A stretch of DNA of 64,000 nt from Halodesulfurarchaeum sp. (GCA_034520565.1 JAXHNL010000002.1:1344001-1408000), one strand, 5' to 3'. Positions 51,199 through 60,724 are shown, numbered from the stretch's first letter. Translations and numbers: made by a program. Notes: generated by a model from the letters alone, not told the origin.

Positions 51199-52661
51199 CG
51201 AGGCGGAGGCCCCACCCTCAAGGAGCGCCGGGCTTCCGGCCCCGGCGGAAGCACAAGCGGAGGTGAGGAGCTGGGGACGGAACGCGCGAGCGCCACGGTA
51301 CTGACCAGCCACCAGACTGTTGCCTGCTAACTCCCAATTATTAAGTAACTATGTATAGATATGTGAAAATACAGTGGAGTACCGTCGTACTGCCGTTATC
51401 AAGCTCGACACGCCCGAAGGCGCGGATACACACCTTCGAGAGACTGTCGAGCAATTCAAATACTGTGCCAACACCGCAAGCGAATGGTGCTGGCACGGTG
51501 ACGACGGCTACCACGTCACCTCGAAAGCCAAGGCTGAACGCGCCCTGTACGACCAGTTACGCGAGGAGACGGAGTTGACCGCGAATCTTGTCCAGAAAGG
51601 GATTCGCCAAGCCGTCGAAGCCGTCAAAAGCGGCGTCGAACGGCTCAAGAACGACCAAGATACGGCCCGTCCAACATTCTCGGCAGATACCGCTATCTAC
51701 GACAAGCGAAGCGCCACGTTCCACCGCGACCACGTTTCGCTGTCAACAGTTGACGGACGAATCGAGTGTGACTATATCCTCCCTGACGACGCTGACGTAC
51801 CACCGACGAAGTACGTCACAGACGAGGACTACGAGTTTCGGCGGGCGACTCTCCATCGACGTGACGGCGACTGGTTTCTCCATGCGTCGATGCTCAAAGA
51901 GGACGACACCGACACCACAACCGGGCACAGAACAGTCCTCGGTGTGGACCTCGGTGTGAACCAACTCGCGGTCGCTTCGACCGGACGATTCTGGTCGGCA
52001 GACGAGTTCAACCACTGGAAGCGAGAGTACGAGAAGCGGCGTGGCGACCTCCAACAGTGCGGAACGAGAGCTGCACACGACGCGATAGCAGGTGTTGAAC
52101 GCAAAGAGGACGGACGCTTCGAGATATTCCTGCATCGTGTCGCCAACGAAATCGTCGCTGAAGCCGTCGAACACGACTGTTCGCATATCGTGTTCGAGGA
52201 CCTGACCGACATTCGTGAGAACGTCCCAGAAGCGTCGTGGCACCATCTGTGGGCGTTCCGCCGGCTCTACGAGTACGTCGAATACAAAGCCAGAGAGCAG
52301 GGCGTCGAAGCCGTCCAAGTAGACCCACGGAACACGTCAAAGCGGTGTTCGACCTGTGGGTTTACCCACGACGACAACCGCCACGGCGAGGATTTCGAGT
52401 GTCAGAAGTGTGGCTACCAGAACCACGCTGACTACAACGCTTCCAAGAACATCGGCTTGCAGTATCTCCGGCGTCGGCAAAACGCAGATGCCGGAGGCGC
52501 ACCCGTAGACGTGCGCTTGAATCGCGGGACGTTGAACGTGAGTGGAGAGTACGACCTTCCCGCCTCATCCGAGGCGTAGAACGGGAGTCCACGCGAAAGC
52601 CCTACCCTCAACGAGCGAGTGGGTCCATAGACCCCGAGCGAAGTAGGGCAGGCTGGTGCAC
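51199..52661 (+). mobile_element. IS200/IS605-family (IS1341-type, tnpB-only) element; ends approximate
   Basis: Left GAGGCGGAGGCCCCACCCTCAAGGAGCG; right GAAAGCCCTACCCTCAACGAGCG...GTAGGGCAGGCTGGTGCAC; no tnpA. Confidence 0.8.
51374..52579 (+). CDS. tnpB: RNA-guided endonuclease TnpB
   Basis: RuvC motifs GVDLG, VFEDL, ADYNA; zinc finger CSTC...CQKC. Confidence 0.95.
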   Translation: MEYRRTAVIKLDTPEGADTHLRETVEQFKYCANTASEWCWHGDDGYHVTSKAKAERALYDQLREETELTANLVQKGIRQAVEAVKSGVERLKNDQDTARPTFSADTAIYDKRSATFHRDHVSLSTVDGRIECDYILPDDADVPPTKYVTDEDYEFRRATLHRRDGDWFLHASMLKEDDTDTTTGHRTVLGVDLGVNQLAVASTGRFWSADEFNHWKREYEKRRGDLQQCGTRAAHDAIAGVERKEDGRFEIFLHRVANEIVAEAVEHDCSHIVFEDLTDIRENVPEASWHHLWAFRRLYEYVEYKAREQGVEAVQVDPRNTSKRCSTCGFTHDDNRHGEDFECQKCGYQNHADYNASKNIGLQYLRRRQNADAGGAPVDVRLNRGTLNVSGEYDLPASSEA

Positions 52662-52680
52662 CGACAGTGGCGGCTCCGTT
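52480..52680 (+). ncRNA. Putative omega/sot RNA overlapping the tnpB 3' end and right end, guide from ~52662
   Basis: Position expected for TnpB guide RNAs; hairpin-rich right end. Boundaries are inferred. Confidence 0.45.
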
Positions 52681-52967
52681 TGGACACTCACCTTTGGTTT
52701 TCGGACTCCGACGCCGCTCTCTTGTGACTCCGAAACTATCGTAAGCCCAATTCATGGATCGGTACTAGAACCGCTTCGGCAACTCTCAGTGCCGGTTCGG
52801 GCCCCAGTCTTCGTATTCACCCCAAAAACTCTCCCCGGCAATGGCCACCGGCCACTGCGCTCTGCATCCGCTCCGTCGTCTCGGTTACCGTGTTCGAAAA
52901 TATCTATCGCGTTCTGCACGGATGGGCGTTACGGTCGTTTTCTCATTGCTGGGAGATGAATCACCGC

Positions 52968-53247
52968 TCAGTCATCGGCAGTGTACGCCCCGGATCGATG
53001 TTCGATATCGTAGATGACGAGTATCGACCGTTCCCGGTCAGCAGCTGCGCCGAGTCGGTACTCCCCGACCCGAATTTTCCCGTGTGGCAGTCCCGTGAGC
53101 GGCTCGACGTATTCGTGCGGGGCCCGCCACTCCTCAGCGATGATTTGCTCGAGTTTCGCGACGATTCGTTCCTGCGTGACTTCATCGAGATCATCGAACG
53201 CATCTGCGGCGGGACCGAAACTCCCAGCTCCAATCACGACTCGTCAT
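52968..53247 (-). pseudogene. relE: RelE-family toxin with probable N-terminal frameshift
   Basis: ATG53247 gives MTSRDWSWEFRS, out of frame with AADAFDDLD...KIRVGEYRL...HRSGAY. An in-frame GTG at 53237 could give a variant protein. Confidence 0.65.
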
Positions 53248-53524
53248 CCATCATTGCGAGGACTTCGTCACGAGAGACGGCCTCACTCTCCCCGTTTCGC
53301 ATGGCGTATTCCTCGGCCGCGATGCTCGCCAGCATTGCCCGCGACGCGCCGGGATGAGCCGTCGCGTCCCTGATCGCGTGTCGAAGAAACTCGCTTCTGG
53401 ACGTGTATCCCTCCTCCTTCCAGACGGCGTCGATCTCCTCGAGTTGGCGCTCGGTGACGCGAACGTTGATCGTCGTCGTCTCGGGGTCTTCGATGGGATC
53501 GTTATTCGTATCGCTTTTCGACAT
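53234..53524 (-). CDS. RHH antitoxin
   Basis: INVRVTERQLEEID...YTSRSEFLRHAIR. Confidence 0.85.
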   Translation of the reverse strand: MSKSDTNNDPIEDPETTTINVRVTERQLEEIDAVWKEEGYTSRSEFLRHAIRDATAHPGASRAMLASIAAEEYAMRNGESEAVSRDEVLAMMDDES

Positions 53525-53784
53525 ACGGACGTATTACAGACGCGGTGTATAAATATCTGGCTTCCCCGTAACAACAAACGTGTGAGGACCGCATCGAGTC
53601 TCAAGTTGCCAGGTATTCGAGTCCAACAACAGCATCGAGACGATATTCGACTGCTCCGGGAATGCGACGAATTCAGCGGTTTTCCGTCGAAGAACTCCCG
53701 ATGGAACTCGAGACTGGTCGGATTAACGAGGATCGCCCCGTTCCAGGAGGTGTTCAAATAAGCGGCCCCAGCCTGAACAATGGT

Positions 53785-53870
53785 GTTGGGTGGGAATCCA
53801 AAAGGGTTCCCGCGAGGTCCGCAGGACCGAGGGGGAGCAAGCGAGAGCCGAAGGCTCTCGCCCAGGCCGA
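53785..53870 (-). repeat. Palindromic intergenic repeat, partial copy 6
   Basis: Near-exact reverse complement of about 22265-22350. Confidence 0.8.
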
Positions 53871-53928
53871 CCGGTCGACCCGGTGAGACGAAGTAAGCAC
53901 CGTCGCCCGAGAGAGCAACCTCTCTCGG

Positions 53929-54296
53929 GATCACGAAAATTGTCCGATTTTCGAACGACCTCATTGGCCGGGCCACAAGACAGCCACTCCGAGGGCGAAA
54001 CGCGTCCGGAGACGAGTGAAACGAATGCGTCTTGAAACCGTGACGGGTCACTGAGTCCCGAAATCCCATGGTTTCAGGTCGTTGAGAAAGTCAATGCAGG
54101 CATCGAGTTAAACTCCTCAAACCCCAATCAGGCGTCGGAGTCAGTTGCTTCCTCGAGGATATCGCACATTCGATCGAAGTGCTGGCTGATGCGCTCTGGC
54201 ATCGACTCGAACGCGTCATCGCTCACAGGTTGCTCCCTCCGTTCACTTCGTGTCATTTTTCAAACCTCTTGATGAAACGTTCGACGTTCTCGCGTA
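53929..54296. repeat. Direct repeat copy B of 49808..50262
   Basis: Near-identical to copy A apart from an internal deletion of about 90 bp. Confidence 0.88.
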
Positions 54297-54600
54297 AATC
54301 TTCTTCGGCGGCATCGAACCCTTCGTTCGCCGGAATTGGCGGCGTGACTTTCTGGGTTCGTATTTTCTGACCCTCGCGGTAGACATCTCGATGAACGCTA
54401 TTCGGTGATGTCGTGGCCACCTGGCGTGACTCGGTCATGATCGTAGCGAACGATTACGCCAGTCGCCCTCCAGCCAGTACTCCAGCTGTACCATGAACTT
54501 CGTCACAGTGCCCCGATGTGTCGAAAAGGCCGAACGAAGCTGAACACGGTCGGCCAGCCGATCTGGAGGGGGTGTGACCTCGTAGTCTTTCATTCATCGA
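54253..54600 (-). pseudogene. Frameshifted small haloarchaeal toxin-like gene (TumE-like fold suspected)
   Basis: Frames give RGTVTKFMVQLEYWLEGDW / VRYDHD / HRDVYREGQK...ENVERFIKRFEK*. Copy A has TGG where this copy has TGA. Confidence 0.55.
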
Positions 54601-54687
54601 GCCTCTTTGAGTCGTCGAGTTGGTTCCGAATATGCCGTCTGGTACTGTAATTTTTCCGAAGTCAATACTATCCATGAGCCATTGAGT

Positions 54688-54773
54688 TACGACCCCCAGA
54701 CCTCGATCAAAGACGGCGTCTCCCGTTTCATCGACTGGTATCAGGACAACCGGGACTGGTACGAACCGCTCGT
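54688..54773 (+). repeat. 86-bp duplicate of the epimerase 3' end (49517..49602)
   Basis: Encodes YDPQTSIKDGVSRFIDWYQDNRDWYEPLV with a few mostly synonymous mismatches. Confidence 0.92.
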
Positions 54774-54791
54774 GAGGGGAGCGGACGGAAA

Positions 54792-55280
54792 TCACGCGGG
54801 CCAGTGAGGAAGTGAGGGCATCCCGTGCTCCCAGGAAATCGCTGCCACCGCCGAGGGGAGTTGCTGCAGTCGGTCATCGAGAACGGCGAGTGGATGTCCA
54901 TCGAGAAACCTCACGCGATGCCGATCGACCGGCATATTTTCGTGATTGAGCTGGATATGGCAGGCCCCAAGATCCGGATGATCAGCGTCCCGATGGAAGC
55001 CGAGCATCAGGTTCCGGTTCGGTTCGACCCAGTTGATGCGATAGTATTCATCGTCCCCGCCGGCGGGGTACCAGAAGCGAATCTCCAGTCGTGCGGTTTC
55101 TACGGTGGTTGTATCACCCAGGAACGTGGGCGGATCAACAGCAGCGATGACCTCCCGGGGTCGGCGTCGAGACGGACGATAGCGCACGTCCGCACAACCC
55201 GCCTGATTCGTTAGTCGATCGTGAACGTCGCGGAGAAGTGTCCGCTGCGTATAGCGGTCGCGACCGGCGAGAAAGATCAT
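54792..55280 (-). CDS. Hypothetical protein, putative toxin partner of the upstream wHTH gene
   Basis: YYRINWVE...GFHRDADHPDLGACHIQ His-rich motif; 7-bp gap to the upstream gene. Confidence 0.6.
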   Translation of the reverse strand: MIFLAGRDRYTQRTLLRDVHDRLTNQAGCADVRYRPSRRRPREVIAAVDPPTFLGDTTTVETARLEIRFWYPAGGDDEYYRINWVEPNRNLMLGFHRDADHPDLGACHIQLNHENMPVDRHRVRFLDGHPLAVLDDRLQQLPSAVAAISWEHGMPSLPHWPA

Positions 55281-55287
55281 CGCCAGA

Positions 55288-55839
55288 TTAGCTCCTGGCG
55301 CGTTCGGCCACGTCGGTCAGTTGTTCGCGAGCGGCTTCGACGTCGGAGTACAGTTCCAGTGCATGCTTGATGAGGTGTCGATCCTGCTCGTTCTCGCGCC
55401 AGAACGCGATGACGCCGCGGCGTTCCCGGAGTGCATCACTCGATAGGTCGCCGTCGGCGAGGGACTGTTCGAACTCCGCCCACGTCTCGACGTCGTACGT
55501 TGCCTGCCACGCCTCGATTTCCTCGGTGATCGCGGTCAAATCACTTTGCAACTCCTCGCGCGTGTTCTCCTCGATGAGAGTACGAATTTCCTCGAAGAGC
55601 AGCCGCGTGTAGTCCGGCTGGTAGCGCGTCATCTCGCCGGTCTCGACACGACGCAGCTGGCCTTGGTCGACGAGCGACTGGAGTTCCTCGTTGGTCGTGC
55701 TCCAGGCGGCCTCGGCCTGCTCGCTAATCCAGTTGACTGACCGCGGTTCACGAAGCGTCTCGGCGACTGCCCGAATACGGTCGCGTGCACTCATCGACTC
55801 GGTCCACGACTGGACCCCATCTCGCGAGGACTCTGCCAT
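55288..55839 (-). CDS. wHTH plus coiled-coil protein, putative antitoxin/regulator
   Basis: RDRIRAVAETLREPRSVNWISEQAEAAWSTTNEELQSLVDQG; acidic C-terminus. Confidence 0.7.
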   Translation of the reverse strand: MAESSRDGVQSWTESMSARDRIRAVAETLREPRSVNWISEQAEAAWSTTNEELQSLVDQGQLRRVETGEMTRYQPDYTRLLFEEIRTLIEENTREELQSDLTAITEEIEAWQATYDVETWAEFEQSLADGDLSSDALRERRGVIAFWRENEQDRHLIKHALELYSDVEAAREQLTDVAERARS

Positions 55840-56095
55840 GTTTTGGACCTCTTGAGAGTGTTGACGCTGTACTCCCATATATGTTTGTATCTTTTCGCAT
55901 AATCAAGAGTCATTTACGAGCGAGGGGGATCGGACACTGCAAAGCGAAGCTGAAAGCAACGCTGGCAACCGAGACAAAACCGTATACTGACGATCTCGTT
56001 TTGCAGTGACGTTCCATTCTCACCACTACCCAAAGGACGATGTTGGAACACCCTTTGCCGGACGTTTTAACCCTTGACCTCCCGAATACTCGTTC

Positions 56096-56341
56096 ATGAG
56101 TGTCTCACGGGAGATCCACCTCACGGAGGGCGATGATTGGTGGACGGCGGTCGATGTGGACACTGGCGTGGCAAGCCAGGGCAAAACACCGAACGAAGCC
56201 GTCGAAAACCTCGAGGAGGCGGTCGCGCTCCACGATGGCGAAATCGGCCACGCGCCGACGGACGAGGAGCTCCGGGAACTCGGCGTCGACCCGGAGAACG
56301 CTCGAACGCAGGGTGAGGAATTGCCCGACGTCCTGCAGTGA
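56096..56341 (+). CDS. hicB: HicB-family antitoxin
   Basis: WWTAVDVDTGVASQGKTPNEAVENLEEAVALH. Confidence 0.88.
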   Translation: MSVSREIHLTEGDDWWTAVDVDTGVASQGKTPNEAVENLEEAVALHDGEIGHAPTDEELRELGVDPENARTQGEELPDVLQ

Positions 56342-56345
56342 GTGA

Positions 56346-56405
56346 CTGGCCCGACGAGTCTTCTCCGGCGAAGAAGTGTATCGAGTACTGGTAACAGCGG
56401 GCCAT
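56346..56405 (+). pseudogene. hicA: HicA relic (start codon lost, truncated)
   Basis: ARRVFSGEEVYRVLVTAG immediately after hicB. Confidence 0.6.
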
Positions 56406-56471
56406 CCACTCAGGCGTCTCGCGGTTTAATCCACCACAAGACTGAAGCCAAATCCGTAAAAGATTGAAAAT

Positions 56472-56660
56472 ATGACACAGGCGACGAAACGGATCCCGGT
56501 TCGCGAAGAGACCTTCGAGGAACTCGGCAGGTTCAAGGGAGCTGGCGAAACCTGGGACGACGTGGTTACCGACCTCATCGAGGCCCGCCAACGGGAGAAT
56601 CGCCGTCAACTCATAGAACGCACCGAGGACGACGAGTACGTCCCGCTTGACGACGTTTGA
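56472..56660 (+). CDS. Small antitoxin
   Basis: TKRIPVREETFEELGRFKGAGETWDDVVTDLI. Confidence 0.8.
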   Translation: MTQATKRIPVREETFEELGRFKGAGETWDDVVTDLIEARQRENRRQLIERTEDDEYVPLDDV

Positions 56661-56955
56661 ATGGGGCTATCAGGTTCTCCGTGGTGAACAACCGAGAGCG
56701 TTTCTTGGGGATGTCGAGGAGAAAACCGAACGGATCGTGACGGACCACCTCCGTTCGCTCGAAGACGAACCGTTCCCTCGCCCTGGATCCGGTCGCGGGG
56801 ATCGCGAACGATTGCCTGTCGATGGTGACGAGCTGTATCGCTTGCACATCTCTCGGACCTACACCAACCTCTACACCATCGACGCGTCCGCACACGAAGT
56901 CCGGGTGAGAGAAATCGTCCCGATCGACGAAGCTCACAAGCGCTACGGCTATTGA
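56647..56955 (+). CDS. relE: RelE/ParE-family toxin, possibly frameshifted at its start
   Basis: YRLHISRTYT...AHKRYG. ATG56661 is followed by one extra G (ATGGGGCTAT); the frame is otherwise open only from TTG56647. Confidence 0.7.
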   Translation: MTTFEWGYQVLRGEQPRAFLGDVEEKTERIVTDHLRSLEDEPFPRPGSGRGDRERLPVDGDELYRLHISRTYTNLYTIDASAHEVRVREIVPIDEAHKRYGY

Positions 56956-57048
56956 CATTCGCTCCGCAGCGTCGTCGATTCCGGGGAAGTCACCGATCTC
57001 CGCCGGCAATTACATTTATTACGTATCGTAACGTACTACATCGTAACG

Positions 57049-57342
57049 ATGAAGACGGTCACCACGCGGATTCCGGAGGACGACGAGGCGGCACTCGCCG
57101 AACTGGAGGCGGAGATGAGTGTCGATCGCTCGACGGTCCTCCGCCGACTCATTCGGGACGGGCTCGATGACTGGCGAACCGAGCGGGCACTCGACAAACT
57201 TCGCGAGCACGCCATTACGATTCGAAAAGCGGCTACTCTCGCAGATGTCACGTACGTCGAGATGCTCACCCTCGCCGCCGAGGAGGGGATCGACGTGGGC
57301 TACACGACGGACGACCTCGAACGCGACCTCGATCGAATATAA
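57049..57342 (+). CDS. UPF0175-family antitoxin
   Basis: VTTRIPE...DRSTVLRRLI...ITIRKAATLADV. Confidence 0.82.
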   Translation: MKTVTTRIPEDDEAALAELEAEMSVDRSTVLRRLIRDGLDDWRTERALDKLREHAITIRKAATLADVTYVEMLTLAAEEGIDVGYTTDDLERDLDRI

Positions 57343-57830
57343 TGGTCGTCCTCGACGCGTCAGCGCTCATCCCGCTTGCCTGGGTCGGGCAACTCGATCT
57401 CATCTCACGGACGTTCGACGATCTTCGGACGACTGAGACGGTTCGAGCGGAGGTCCTTACTGATGGCAAGCGTGGCACGGCGGCACTCGAGGAGTTCCTG
57501 TCGGATGTGACCGTCGCGGAGTCCCCTGCCCGGGCCGAGACGGTCTCGTCTCTGGAGGGAATCGCGGTCGCGGACGCGTCGGTGATCCTTTTGGCGGAGA
57601 CCGCCGATGAACGGCTCCTCGCCAATGACAAGGGGTTGATCGAGGTCGCACGGAGCCACGGCATCGAGTGCTGGTGGGTGACGACGTTGTTGCTCAGCTG
57701 TACCAAACACGGGCACCTGACCGCCGAAGAGGCGACCACTGTCCTCTATGACCTCGTGAACGAGGGGATGAATCTCCATCCGAAAGTATACACGAGAGTC
57801 CAGAAGAAACTCCGCGAAATGGCGAGGTAA
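57342..57830 (+). CDS. PIN-domain (DUF3368-like) toxin
   Basis: VVLDASALI...GQLDLI, EVL, ADASVILLA, LLAND. Confidence 0.82.
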   Translation: MVVLDASALIPLAWVGQLDLISRTFDDLRTTETVRAEVLTDGKRGTAALEEFLSDVTVAESPARAETVSSLEGIAVADASVILLAETADERLLANDKGLIEVARSHGIECWWVTTLLLSCTKHGHLTAEEATTVLYDLVNEGMNLHPKVYTRVQKKLREMAR

Positions 57831-57958
57831 TCGACCTTCGTGCTCCTTTGGACGGGCGAACACGGAAACGGCACCCCGATTACGTTCCTTACTTGTCAAA
57901 GTGCGACCAGTCTTCCCATGCAATATATGTACGTCCCCTCCGTATCGTATTCCACACG

Positions 57959-58204
57959 ATGAGTATTGGCGTCGAGCCGACCATCACCCTCACTGATGAG
58001 GGTGAGTGGTGGATCGCGAGAGACACCGAAACAGGCGTTGTCAGCCAGGGCCGGACGAGGACGTCTGCCCTCGACAACCTGGATGAGGCACTCGCCGGAT
58101 ATCATGGTGAGGGCGATTCGCCAAGCGAAGAGGACCTCCGGGAGAGCGGAATCGATCCCGAGCGAAACGTTTCTGGGAAATCGCTCCCGGGACCACTCGA
58201 ATAA
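57959..58204 (+). CDS. hicB: HicB-family antitoxin
   Basis: WWIARDTETGVVSQGRTRTSALDNLDEAL. Confidence 0.88.
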   Translation: MSIGVEPTITLTDEGEWWIARDTETGVVSQGRTRTSALDNLDEALAGYHGEGDSPSEEDLRESGIDPERNVSGKSLPGPLE

Positions 58205-58216
58205 TCCACTCATCGA

Positions 58217-58471
58217 ATGGGTATTCGACGGTATTCTGGCGAAGAGGTTCGCAAAGTGCTGGTCAATCATGGCCCCTTCTACGTGGACCGTGTCTGAGGT
58301 GATCATTTCATTCTTCGTTGGGAGCCTCCTGATGGTCACGATTCCGCTGCAAGGACCGTGCCAGTTCCAGACCACGATGAATTAGCCACCGGAACACTCC
58401 GGTCGATCGGTGAGCAAGCTGGAATGAAAGACTTCAACAAATTTCTCGACTGGCTGGATCGGAATTGCTGA
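58217..58471 (+). pseudogene. hicA: Full-length HicA with one in-frame TGA (58295-58297)
   Basis: MGIRRYSGEEVRKVLVNHG...DRV*GDHFILR...VPVPDHDELATGTLRSIGEQAG. Confidence 0.85.
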
Positions 58472-58603
58472 GACGTTCTCTGATTTTCCAGGAGCCCTTG
58501 GCTCCGGGGAACGTCGTTTGGCTTGGCGGACTGGGTGTAGTCCCCTCCCCAATCCACTCCGTCCCAGAACGGCTTTGTCCGCGCCGTGTTTACCACCACC
58601 CAG

Positions 58604-59902
58604 ATGGATCTCAGCATCGTCGGTTCCGGCTACGTCGGAACCACCATCGCGGGCTGTTTCGCCGACCTCGGCCACGACGTCGTCAACGTCGACATCGACG
58701 AAACGGTCGTCGAGTCGATCAACGCCGGCACCTCCCCGATTCACGAACCCGGCCTCGACGAACTGATCGCTGAGAACGCCGGAGCAAACCTCCGGGCAAC
58801 CACGGACTACGATGTCATCCCCGACACCGAGGTCACCTTTCTCGCCCTGCCCACCCCATCGAACCCGGACGGCAGCATCGACACGAGTTACATCGAGAGC
58901 GCCGCCGAATCCATCGGCGAAGCCATCGTAAAGAGTGAAAAAACCCACCTGATCGTCGTCAAGAGCACCGTCATCCCCACAACGACCGAAGAAATCATCA
59001 CCCCGATCCTCGAGCAATCCTCGGGTAAAACCGCCGGCGAGGACTTCCACGTCGCGATGAACCCGGAGTTCCTCCGCGAGGGCACGGCCGTCGAGGACTT
59101 CCTCGAACCCCACAAGATCGTCTTCGGCGCCGAAAATCAGCCCGCATACGACACCCTCCGCGAGGTCTACCGACCACTGACTGAAGCCGCGACGGCCGAC
59201 CCCACCATTGTTGAGACCGCCACCCGCGAGGCCGAGATGATCAAGTACGCCAACAACGCGTTCCTCGCGGCGAAGGTCAGCCTCATCAACGACATCGGGA
59301 ACATCTGCAAGGAGTTCGGCGTCGACGCCTACGAGGTCGCCGACGCCATCGGCCTCGACGACCGCATCAGCGAAAAGTTCCTCCGCAGCGGGGTAGGTTT
59401 CGGCGGCTCGTGCTTTCCAAAGGACGTCAAAGCCATCATCGCCGCCGCGAAAGCACAGGGCTACGAACCCCCGCTCCTCGAGGCCGCAATTGAGGTCAAC
59501 GACTTGCAGCCAGAGCGCATGCTCGCACTGCTGGACGACCACGTCGACGTCGCCGGCAAACGCGTCGCCGTCCTCGGCCTGGCGTTCAAACCCGGCACGG
59601 ACGACGTCCGCAACTCCCGGGCGATCGACGTCATCGAGGGACTCCAGGACCGAAACGCAGAGGTCGTCGCCTACGACCCGGTCGCGACCGAGAACATGCG
59701 CGAGTACTTCCCGGACCTCGCGTACGCCGACTCCGCCGCCGACGCCCTTCAGGGCGCAAACGCGGCCATGATCCTCACCGACTGGGACGAGTTTGCCGCT
59801 CTCGACGAGGAGTTCGACGCGATGGACTCACACCTCGTGATCGACGGCCGCAGAGTCATCGAACCCCGCGAGGGGATGACCTACGAAGGCCTGACGTGGT
59901 GA
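58604..59902 (+). CDS. aglM: UDP-glucose 6-dehydrogenase (AglM-like)
   Basis: [43 protein letters not shown]. Confidence 0.95.
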   Translation: MDLSIVGSGYVGTTIAGCFADLGHDVVNVDIDETVVESINAGTSPIHEPGLDELIAENAGANLRATTDYDVIPDTEVTFLALPTPSNPDGSIDTSYIESAAESIGEAIVKSEKTHLIVVKSTVIPTTTEEIITPILEQSSGKTAGEDFHVAMNPEFLREGTAVEDFLEPHKIVFGAENQPAYDTLREVYRPLTEAATADPTIVETATREAEMIKYANNAFLAAKVSLINDIGNICKEFGVDAYEVADAIGLDDRISEKFLRSGVGFGGSCFPKDVKAIIAAAKAQGYEPPLLEAAIEVNDLQPERMLALLDDHVDVAGKRVAVLGLAFKPGTDDVRNSRAIDVIEGLQDRNAEVVAYDPVATENMREYFPDLAYADSAADALQGANAAMILTDWDEFAALDEEFDAMDSHLVIDGRRVIEPREGMTYEGLTW

Positions 59903-60062
59903 TTGAATAGGGTACGTCGATCGTTCTCGGTTATACGCTCCCCGAAAATCGGAACCCCAAGCCGGGCTCCGCGATACTGATGCCACGTACCCAAATAGCT
60001 CAAGTTCCGTACATCTACGGGACTTCGATTGTGTCACACGGCTTGCCGCCTCAAACTCAAGT

Positions 60063-60308
60063 TCAGTTGGCAGAGGCGAGATCTTCGTCGAGTTCTGCCT
60101 CGGTGTAGTGGCGGGGGATTTCCCGCTCCCCAAGGAGGTCGTGGAACTCTCGCTTCGATAGTTCCGCCAACGCTCGTGCTTTGCCGAATGAAAGTGCCCC
60201 TGTGGCGTACAGGGAGACGGCCAATTCCCGTTTGAGGGCCCGAGGACGGTCTGCTTCGGGGAATTGTAACGCGTCGTATACCTCTTCGTCGATCTCGATC
60301 GTGGCCAT
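60063..60308 (-). CDS. Orphan UPF0175-family antitoxin
   Basis: ELAVSLYATGALSFGKARALAELS; no PIN partner is visible downstream. Confidence 0.8.
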   Translation of the reverse strand: MATIEIDEEVYDALQFPEADRPRALKRELAVSLYATGALSFGKARALAELSKREFHDLLGEREIPRHYTEAELDEDLASAN

Positions 60309-60395
60309 ACGACACGTTGGGTTACTGTATTATTGAGTGTTTGGACGGGGAGTGAATGGGATCTGCTCCACCTACATGGATTTCTCCCACACAAA

Positions 60396-60645
60396 TCAGG
60401 CGTTTTCTCCGAGGTCGGGGGCCTCGGTCGCCCAGGTGTCGTCTTCGCCATAGGTATCAGATTCGTATTCCGCCGAGATTTCCTCGAGACTCACCACGTT
60501 CGCGATGCTCGACCCGGTCACTTCATCCGCGAGTGCCCAGAACGAATCGACGTTGCGAACGAGCCCCTTCTCTCGAAGCCGAGAGAGCGTTTTGTGGACT
60601 TCCCCTGGGCACGTCGGTCAATTCGGCCAGTTCTGTGGGCGAAAA
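60396..60645 (-). pseudogene. 5'-truncated, frameshifted MarR-like antitoxin relic
   Basis: FSPTELAELTDVPRG / VHKTLSRLREKGLVRNVDSFWAL aligns with 22554..22907. Confidence 0.6.
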
Positions 60646-60724
60646 TCTCGGCTGCAATTGCACTCAACCGCGCCGAAGACCATTAATCCAAGAACCTCGA
60701 ACGGTTCGTTAAACGGTACGAACA

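Noticed and set aside
53560-53770. Possible further gene relic between the RHH gene and repeat copy 6
   Set aside because: No frame gave a recognisable family.
58295-58297. Selenocysteine or programmed readthrough of the hicA TGA
   Set aside because: Halobacteria are not known to use selenocysteine; a simple nonsense mutation is more parsimonious.
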